NCBI GenBank assembly: GCA_964057225.1
Contig: OZ059895.1
Span: 3,782,001 to 3,846,000, forward strand
DNA: 64,000 nt
Origin: Auanema rhodensis
Lineage: Eukaryota; Animalia; Nematoda
Direction: 5' to 3'
The notes under the pieces were generated by a model that was given only the letters and a program-made list of their open reading frames with translations, ran no database searches and was not told the origin of the DNA. Position 1 is the stretch's first letter. Every line of letters begins with the position of its first letter. Position numbers and translations under genes: made by a program. Shown one piece after another: positions 40,601 through 46,820 of this stretch.

Positions 40601-42880
40601 TAAATTAGTGTAAAGGTGTGCTCCAGTGAATTTTAATGGTGTGATATTTTCGTGATGCAGTCCATCTCCCATGGATATGAGACTGACATCTACTGTGCCA
40701 TTGATTCCTTTCCATTCACCGTCTGCTGACCATACGTCTGTTGGTACGTGATCACAATTGATTTCTTTTCCGTGGGGTAGAAGATCTTTTGATCCTGGTG
40801 CTGCGAATAGTAATTGGCCTTCTTCGGTTAAAATTGGCGTTTCGAGATAACATGTATTGTTTACCGTGTGATTGTGATAAATAGTTTTTGTGAAAACTGT
40901 TGGGCAAACATGTACGTGTAATATCTCACTTCCAACAAAACGAGCTGCTATGTCTTCTCTTCCAAGGATAGTACGCATAGCGATTGTTGGTTCGATTTGT
41001 AAAATTGATCGCCATAGCTCTGGATATCTATTTTGGATCTCACATATTGATTCGTATGACTCTTTGAAATGTTTCTGTAGCTCGCTTTGAATCATTGTTG
41101 TGGCGTATTGCAAATGATCTTGTGCAATCTTGCTCGTAATGTTTTGGCGATACTGTTCTTCCGAGTCAATTTTCGAAGCTATGTAATGAGCTTGAGCCTG
41201 AACAGACTGTATTTCTTTTGCTGTTGGTGTTGATGAAGCTCTCTGTTTCCGAATCAATGTCGTGGGTAAGTATGTTATTTCGTCCATTATTGGAATTTGT
41301 TGATCTTTATAAGTGGCGTAGAGCTTTGTTGATGTTGGCGCCTGGGTAGTCGATATTGTCGCGCGTGCGGTAGTTGTTGCGGTTGTGTAGCTCTCTGTTA
41401 TTTTCGGCTCGGCTGTCGACGATGGCGCGCGCGCGGTAGTCGCTGCGGTTGCTTGAGGGCTTGTTATTGCATGCGGCTGCATTGCGGGATCTGATTCGAT
41501 GGTCGTCTTCCGATCGATTATGGGTTGGGCTGATGTTGCTGCCGCGCCGCCTGCAGCGACGCTCGGCGTACGCGTCGTGGTTTGCAGCGATTCAAGCTCG
41601 AGTTTCTCTGCCATTAGTCTCCTTAGGTGTTCTGGTGATATTCTACTTGAAGTATAAGGCAATTTCTTTTCAGCAAGTAGTGGCAAGAAAATTTTCAATA
41701 ATAAATCTTTAGAGATTTTACTAGGCTTGATGAGCTTAGGGTGTGGACCGATTGGTATTCCAAAATTATTTTTGATATCGTAAAACAGTTTATCAGTATT
41801 TTGTACAAATATTCGTGATGCAGGAAGATTAATAAATTTCATCTCATCAATGTCTGCTGCTGTTTTGTTTTTCCTAATTTTTATGAGAGTTTTAAGTTCG
41901 GTTACAAGATTAATTGTTTCTTGTATGAATTCGCTCTTTTGTGCTTCTTCATTTGTTAGTATCTTTTGTCGTATCGGTGGTAATTTCACAAAAGATTGTA
42001 ACACTTCTTGTCTAGATGGAACAGTGAGGTTTTCTTCGATTATGACTGGGGTATTAGCTAAATCAAGCGCAATACTTTCAGTTCTTTCACGATAAGTGCC
42101 TTCTTTGGTATGAAGAATGCGATCGAATTCAATAACAGTTAACCGATCAGATATTTGTTGAAGTAATTGTTTGGGTGTTAGATAAGATATTCCTGTCTTT
42201 GTTGCTAACGCCAGTTCTCTTTGTGCAACATATTGTAGGATTGCTTCATCTTTATCGCGAAAATCGTATTGTTTAAGAAAATGTCTTAAGGATTTATCAT
42301 AAATTTGGATTTTAAAGAAAAATTCAAATTTCTCGCGATTAGCAGTTATCCATTCCTTTAAAGAGTACGTGGGATCTGCCATTCGTCTTCCTTTGATTAA
42401 AGAGATAATCTGCGTAATGCCCGGATTGCTCATAATTGGTCTCAAAAAGGCATATGGGCATATGTGAAGCGTATGAGTCTCAAAATCTTCAACTTCCATT
42501 ACTCTATCTTGGTCTAAAGGGAATGAACATCCTGTAGCGATTGCGCGTTTTTGTCTTTTAAACGGCAATTTTCTAAACTCTCTTTCTACGAGGATAGTAA
42601 TGTTATTGTCATTTGGAAATTTGGGGAGTATGATGTAGTTCCCCGATGTTGTGTGAAATGCTGGTTGTCTAAAACACGAAGCGATAGGTTTTGGGGTTGG
42701 TTTGTTCGAAAGGATAAGAGCAGATTGTGTGCTCGGAATTAGGATAGTATCGCCGCTAATGATGGCTTCATATGTGTGCATATCTATGTAATTGCAACGG
42801 GAATCCGTAGTTTGTGGATCCCAAATAATTATTGATGTGTTTGATTCGCAGTTACCATGATGCGCACTGCCCTTCAGTGT
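37607..42880 (-). CDS. pol: Polyprotein segment 2: rest of gB-like Env, TM and tail, aspartic protease, reverse transcriptase, RNase H; ends at a frameshift at the start of integrase
   Basis: 1724-aa ORF from ATG 42781, with the frame open from 42880. Protease LWDSGS...LIGLDF, RT YLDD, RNase H ESDGS / EIEALG / TDHRPL / DALSR. Confidence 0.95.
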   Translation of the reverse strand, partial: TLKGSAHHGNCESNTSIIIWDPQTTDSRCNYIDMHTYEAIISGDTILIPSTQSALILSNKPTPKPIASCFRQPAFHTTSGNYIILPKFPNDNNITILVEREFRKLPFKRQKRAIATGCSFPLDQDRVMEVEDFETHTLHICPYAFLRPIMSNPGITQIISLIKGRRMADPTYSLKEWITANREKFEFFFKIQIYDKSLRHFLKQYDFRDKDEAILQYVAQRELALATKTGISYLTPKQLLQQISDRLTVIEFDRILHTKEGTYRERTESIALDLANTPVIIEENLTVPSRQEVLQSFVKLPPIRQKILTNEEAQKSEFIQETINLVTELKTLIKIRKNKTAADIDEMKFINLPASRIFVQNTDKLFYDIKNNFGIPIGPHPKLIKPSKISKDLLLKIFLPLLAEKKLPYTSSRISPEHLRRLMAEKLELESLQTTTRTPSVAAGGAAATSAQPIIDRKTTIESDPAMQPHAITSPQATAATTARAPSSTAEPKITESYTTATTTARATISTTQAPTSTKLYATYKDQQIPIMDEITYLPTTLIRKQRASSTPTAKEIQSVQAQAHYIASKIDSEEQYRQNITSKIAQDHLQYATTMIQSELQKHFKESYESICEIQNRYPELWRSILQIEPTIAMRTILGREDIAARFVGSEILHVHVCPTVFTKTIYHNHTVNNTCYLETPILTEEGQLLFAAPGSKDLLPHGKEINCDHVPTDVWSADGEWKGINGTVDVSLISMGDGLHHENITPLKFTGAHLYTNLTSRVYSMTTAIAYGASLASIRQNHVLHTIHNDPKISAAYSVLKKSSDYISKAHEFTKNTWNSFIDTMVGTIERTLITIGAITSVIIIVIILAFIIKVYFLKSIPIPIMHIELKDRNSNPPTYEETLELVTQPDQPIPRNIMKQYYPSILTYIPIAIPLVCSISKRKDQSLPLLWMTVNDRLVLTLWDSGSSISYIRVSTLHYLTLNDFVKNNKSSATTANGSEFRFIGTIDLTVEIAGYEIDHTFYISNDEDCPSPALIGLDFMKTLDSQNIGMKLRPYKRTLEIGNRVVRLANGIDGRLSKTSTTVNLINLKQRDMLPNETCTLQVQLEKPIRDDSFAMLSIDNNNMLTPKYHTAFRDVNSIDITFKNNSNKSIELPSGHVITKAEIGIMPDYEIFTTDQKQDYIPPEADWESKLPTFPTDFMKELDLKDADLTQNLKDHLRSIIRRRKKAFLNEDKNIGLFKGPVEHSIPLRTDMDMPKPRITRIPLGKQEEIERQVQEMLQQGIIEPSTSLFNSPVVLVKKKDDTFRFVTDFRALNNVTRKQTYVIPNISDIIDMTAGSKYFSNFDLVSGFFQIPLKKSDRSLTAFTTNTGTYQYRRMPMGLCGAPHTFQTAVRYLQSRCKCRLFVYLDDLLVISDNAEQHIYDIEEVLERIEELGLKIKLKKCSFARPEVKFLGLIVGRDGVKPDPKKVSAIQDYPAPQSPTGVRAFLGMVGFFRKFIKDFAHIASPLYDLTKLDTDFKWSDQCQQALEKLKKRLMEAPVLKPPRADRIFIIESDGSNIAIGAVLLQPEDPNEPLKNLHPIAFASRKLVKAERNYPPIEIEALGLVYALAQFRTYILGSHAICITDHRPLTSLMTRRDLFGRLAKFQLVIQEYNIEIRYREGRLNKVCDALSRYIGDEANDPKPEKKKKVKEPQLAQVNFVNIPDIKQIQGNTPWIKKTIAEIEYRTKKNMLSNDRYCVIDNMLYTKPSTKRPHPALVLPQKRTDQQDHRRIS
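37910..39200 (-). other. Reverse transcriptase and RNase H domains
   Basis: YLDD at 38702-38713; RNase H catalytic motifs at ~37910-38290. Domain limits are approximate. Confidence 0.95.
39780..40100 (-). other. Aspartic protease domain
   Basis: DSG active-site motif at 40034-40042 and downstream LIGLDF. Domain limits are approximate. Confidence 0.9.
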
Positions 42881-43409
42881 TTAGTAGTAAGTTTGAAAGG
42901 ATGGTATCGTCTGGCATGCGGGTCATAACACCCCGCTCCAGTACTAAACGCGACCGCTCCTCGCACTCGTCGCGGCTAAACGGTCGCGCCGGATCGAAGG
43001 AGGGTTCAGGGGTTGCTTGGGCAATACTATCGATTCTTTCTAGTTCCATATTATTCCACTTTCGATCGCGAATTGCCTGCCTGCATGACTGCACGCTTAT
43101 AGGCTCTATCCTATCGATTGTTTTGTTGCTGTCGCGAAGGAATAATAAATCGCGTACACACAGCCTGTGCACTTCCTTCGAGCAGCGCCACGCGTCCCAC
43201 TCGTGAGCTGTGTGATTGCGAGTGTATAGATGGACTTGTGTTTGGATCACGTGGTTTGCTTCGGTTAATTTGCATTTCTCTAATGTTGGAGGCATGAGTA
43301 GTGCTCCCCCTGTTGCTTTTGTGCATGCTTGGTAGCTTGACGCACAAGGTAGCAGTATTGCTGCTGCTAATGCCATTACAACAGTTAATGAGAGTGGTGA
43401 AAGAGAGAT
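40316..43409 (-). other. env: env region: class III (herpes gB / chuvirus G-like) fusion glycoprotein, signal peptide to TM anchor, ~1030 aa
   Basis: Signal peptide at 43335-43409, about 12 N-X-S/T sequons, furin-type RQKR (42545-42556), gB-like LQY....IQ..............CEIQN....LW.......P......GR...AR..G......C (41113-40904), CY motif, and TM LITIGAITSVIIIVIILAFII (40316-40378). Confidence 0.85.
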
Positions 43410-45059
43410 GGAGTTAACTCTTGAAGAGCTCCTATCTCTTCCTCTCGATTGGTTTCTTCGTTCTTTAAATTGTACTCGCCTTTGTCCATTTCTTCCTCCT
43501 TGATTGTTATATCGAGGATTATAATTATTTTGGTACCAATTAGTACCATTATTGCTGTTTTGACGCTCGTTATTTCTTCCAAAATTATTTGGACGGCGAT
43601 TATTTCCAAAATTATTATTACGTTGTTGGAAATTGTTATAATTTGAACGGTTTTTATTTGTTTGATAATTTTGATAATTTTGATTACCGCGCTGGTAACT
43701 TCGGTCAAAAGTTCTGTTATCTCTTCTCTCTTTATTGCGCGTAAAGGGAGCTAGTGCTTGGTTAACTGCATTCACTAGCATCGCCTGAGTGTCTGCCGTC
43801 TGGTTCAATATTGATTCTTCCCAGCGGGCAGCCTCAATCGCCTCAGCAAAGGTTTTGGGCCTTGCTCGGATCACTCCTGCCTTCAGAGTATTTTTAAGTC
43901 CTCTCAGGAAGGTTGATCTTAGTATGTGATCCTTATGTGGGTCATCACTGGCAAAAGCACTAAGGCTTATTGTTCGCAAAGCCTGAGCAAAGGCATCAAT
44001 CGAAAGATCCCCTTGACTAGTGTTTTGAAGGCTGATCAGTGCTGGGTCCTGATTATATTCAGGACAGAGCTTTGATGTTAAAGCTGCTAACAAATCATTC
44101 CATGAACCCGATGTTTTAAGGTGTTCAGGAGTTTGTTTGTATGCTTCTTCTGCCGCATCATTTTTAAGAAGCAACGGCAGAAGAGTCAACCTTTCAGGTA
44201 TCACTAGGCCAAGTGCATTAGCGAAGACATTAAATTTAGCGGTAAAGTCGCGGAAATTGCGGCTACCGTCATAAACAGGGCAGTAGGGTGATGTTAAAAC
44301 TTGGGCAATTGTTGTTTTCCCCGCTCCGGGTAAATTGGTTGCGGGCTCAGTCATTTTTTTCGGAACAGCTATTACTGTATGTGCAGATCTTGAACTTCCT
44401 GACGTAGAAGTAATATGCTCTGTTTGGTTATATTGGTTAGGTGTCGTCAATTCGTCTAATCTTGGACTATTGAGAATTGGGGTTGATGTTTGTGGGTTAT
44501 TTTTCAAAAGTTTTCTTTGCTCCGGTGAGGTGATTGGAGATAACGTATAGCGCGTGTATGTATTGGGTATTGTAGCAAGTCGCTGTGCTCGGCTAGATTT
44601 TGGGTTTGGGTCTTTGGGTGAGCGATTCAATAAATCAACGACTTTGTTTTTGAGAGATTGTAAGCCTGTTGTTGAAGGTGAACCAGTAGGTTCTTGACTT
44701 GAGAGAGAGAGAGAGATATCAGAATTATTTAGATTTTTATTATTTTTATTTTTATGTATATTGGAAGAGCGTACCTTTTCTTTCGTAGTGGTGTTCGGTG
44801 TCTGTTCGTCTATCACCAAGGGTCGCTCGTCGTCTCCAGATGGTATGTAGTCCGGATCACTAGAACGTTCTGAAGGAGAAAACGTACCTGCACGGGGCGT
44901 GTAAAATTTTTCCACGTTAGGCTTCTCCTCTGCTGTGTCTTCGTTGATGATGGCGACACTTTGCGCGCGAGTTCGGCTTCTGGTTACTGGAGCTGAGTCG
45001 CGGGGATCCGGGTTGGAGTGCGTACTGAGAGGTACTGCTGAGTTATACCTTCTCTCCAC
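42852..45059 (-). CDS. gag: Polyprotein segment 1: Gag (disordered N-terminal region, capsid, N/Q/R-rich nucleocapsid) fused in frame to an internal signal peptide and the N-terminal part of Env; ends at a frameshift
   Basis: Gypsy capsid-like motifs PVYDG..F.DF, LQNTSQGDLSIDAF and FLRGL...RPKTFAEAI (~43810-44290). Then hydrophobic LSLTVVMALAAAILLPCASS and a Cys-rich glycoprotein-like region. The annotated start is GTG; the first ATG is at 44354; the frame is open from 45101. Confidence 0.9.
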   Translation of the reverse strand: MERRYNSAVPLSTHSNPDPRDSAPVTRSRTRAQSVAIINEDTAEEKPNVEKFYTPRAGTFSPSERSSDPDYIPSGDDERPLVIDEQTPNTTTKEKVRSSNIHKNKNNKNLNNSDISLSLSSQEPTGSPSTTGLQSLKNKVVDLLNRSPKDPNPKSSRAQRLATIPNTYTRYTLSPITSPEQRKLLKNNPQTSTPILNSPRLDELTTPNQYNQTEHITSTSGSSRSAHTVIAVPKKMTEPATNLPGAGKTTIAQVLTSPYCPVYDGSRNFRDFTAKFNVFANALGLVIPERLTLLPLLLKNDAAEEAYKQTPEHLKTSGSWNDLLAALTSKLCPEYNQDPALISLQNTSQGDLSIDAFAQALRTISLSAFASDDPHKDHILRSTFLRGLKNTLKAGVIRARPKTFAEAIEAARWEESILNQTADTQAMLVNAVNQALAPFTRNKERRDNRTFDRSYQRGNQNYQNYQTNKNRSNYNNFQQRNNNFGNNRRPNNFGRNNERQNSNNGTNWYQNNYNPRYNNQGGRNGQRRVQFKERRNQSRGRDRSSSRVNSISLSPLSLTVVMALAAAILLPCASSYQACTKATGGALLMPPTLEKCKLTEANHVIQTQVHLYTRNHTAHEWDAWRCSKEVHRLCVRDLLFLRDSNKTIDRIEPISVQSCRQAIRDRKWNNMELERIDSIAQATPEPSFDPARPFSRDECEERSRLVLERGVMTRMPDDTILSNLLLNTEGQCASW

Positions 45060-46471
45060 CTTGTTAGGACTCTTGGTTTGAAAAAAACCTCGAGTGTCTG
45101 ATTACGTGTGGGATGATGGAATTTGAACGTAATTGGGTGGGTATGTACGTTTAGTTGTTGGTGGTAAGTTGGGAAAAGCTAGATTGAGACTGACAACTGG
45201 TTTGGTCAAGTCGGAAGGATAGGAATGAATCTAAGGTTCTGGCCATAACTTTAGATCCGAATTCTACCGTACTTTGAAATTGGACTTTGGTTATCTTGGT
45301 CTTTTGGGTCCAATTTGTATAGCATTTGCATTTTTCTTTTCTCTTTGCACGCATTATGGATGATTGCCTGGTCTCAATGGGCTTATTCCCTTCTCTTTTT
45401 TATAGAATTTTTTGATTTTTAGTCGCAAACTCCCTTAGGCATTCCAAAAAGTTGCATTAAAATTAGACTTTGGTAATCCATCACTCTATCCAAGAAGAAT
45501 TACTAGTCCCAATTGCATACTTAATTCGTTCGTTCATGGTTCAACGGGAAGTAAGGATCTTTTTTAAGAAATCTACCGTAGTCGTTTTGCAAACCAAAGA
45601 TCTCGTTTTATAATATTGAAGTTACATAGCTGACTAAAATTTACAAGAACTATACGAAATTATAAAAAGAATAAGGTGATTTGGAATTGAGTCTCATGTT
45701 TCTAAACAACAAAACGGTATGAGGAAGGTGACATATAGTATGGGGAGAAAATCCAACTAATATGCTTTAGTCAACTCGACCTGACGAATAAATTTAAATT
45801 GGGAGATCAGTTTGTAAGAATATCGCAGGATTTTTCGGACTATAGCGAATGTAAGTTATTGAATTAAACATCCTCTCACTTGTTGTGAGGTTTCCCGTAC
45901 GATTTTTAAGCGTTTTGTTATGTTTTTGGATGGTAAATGCTAAAAGTTGTCTGAACGATTTTAAACGCAAAATATAATAGTCCTTATCGCAAAATTATTT
46001 AAAATTCAAATTGGCATGCTTTTCATCCACAAAATTTAAGAAATAACTGGAGTTATTCTTTCCTCAAAGCCGAAATCAATCCTTAAAAGGAGAATGGTGT
46101 GGGTAATAATCAAAATATATATAAAATCTTTAGGTGAATCTGTTCACGAATTCAGCCTAAAGTCCTCATGTGGCTTCGAGGTCGGGTAACAGTATAATCA
46201 GATGTTAATAGCAAGGATATGTGACTTAGGTTCAGACATGACAAAATTGTGAACAACGGGATCAAGTAAAATAAATTCTTCCCAAAATGTATAATTTTAC
46301 TCTCTTATTATGAGAGTTCCTTGCATCTGTTCCCTATAACGATGTTGGCCCCTCCGTTTTGTGTTTTAGCGTGGAGAAGATGGCAATGGATAAGAGAAAG
46401 TTGAAAAGAAAATGAATATTGCAAGAGTGAATAAAATTTAAGAAAATAAGAGAAAGTAAAAAAACGTTCGA

Positions 46472-46484
46472 GGTGGAACCTCCA
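46472..46484 (-). promoter_or_regulatory. Primer-binding site, tRNA-Gln
   Basis: Minus-strand TGGAGGTTCCACC starts immediately after the 5' LTR. It is complementary to the metazoan tRNA-Gln 3' end (...GGUGGAACCU-CCA, recalled from memory). Confidence 0.88.
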
Positions 46485-46820
46485 CGTTCCGTTATGCTCT
46501 CGCATCTATCCTATAGACCAATGTAGTCTATAAGATGTGCGATACAGTGTTCCAGATGTAGCGGTATTAATAGAGCATAATGGATAACATAAGACTCATG
46601 AAAAGAAAGGTTTATTCTACATAATGATTACAATAAGTTACGATAAGAATTAAAGAGATATAAACTATAGGTGAGCTCTGAGGAGATGACAAGCCATCCT
46701 TAGTCATTCCATGAGACAGAACTAAAGTCTGAGTTCCGTATAAAGGGCGTGTCAGCTCCTCTCGTCTCTTGTCGTCTAGCTCTAACCCGCCTGCTACGTA
46801 TTGATCATCCGAATGGAACG
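46485..46820 (-). repeat. 5' LTR (336 bp), termini 5'-CGTTCC...GGAACG-3'
   Basis: Direct repeat of 35342-35676, identical by eye except one extra A (AGAGCATAATGG vs AGAGCATATGG). Abuts the PBS. Minus-strand AATAAA at 46611-46616. Confidence 0.97.

Larger units (their letters stand above)
35342..46820 (-). mobile_element. Full-length env-bearing Ty3/Gypsy (Metaviridae-type) LTR retrotransposon / endogenous retrovirus-like element, 11,479 bp, gene order gag-env-pol
   Basis: Two direct LTRs, a 4-bp TSD AAAC (35338-35341 and 46821-46824) and a PBS. Pol order is PR-RT-RH-IN with Gypsy-type RT motifs (SPVVLVKKKD, FDLVSGFFQI, MPMGL, YLDD) and an integrase GPF motif. Confidence 0.98.

Noticed and set aside
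36461-44550. Plus-strand and alternate-frame short ORFs inside the element (e.g. 42832-43206)
   Set aside because: Shadows of the long minus-strand coding frame, mostly with non-ATG starts and no recognisable domains.
35342-46820. Classification as BEL/Pao, Copia or a vertebrate retrovirus
   Set aside because: RT, RNase H and integrase motifs and their order are Ty3/Gypsy-type. There is no BEL-type triple Cys Gag motif, and integrase follows RNase H.
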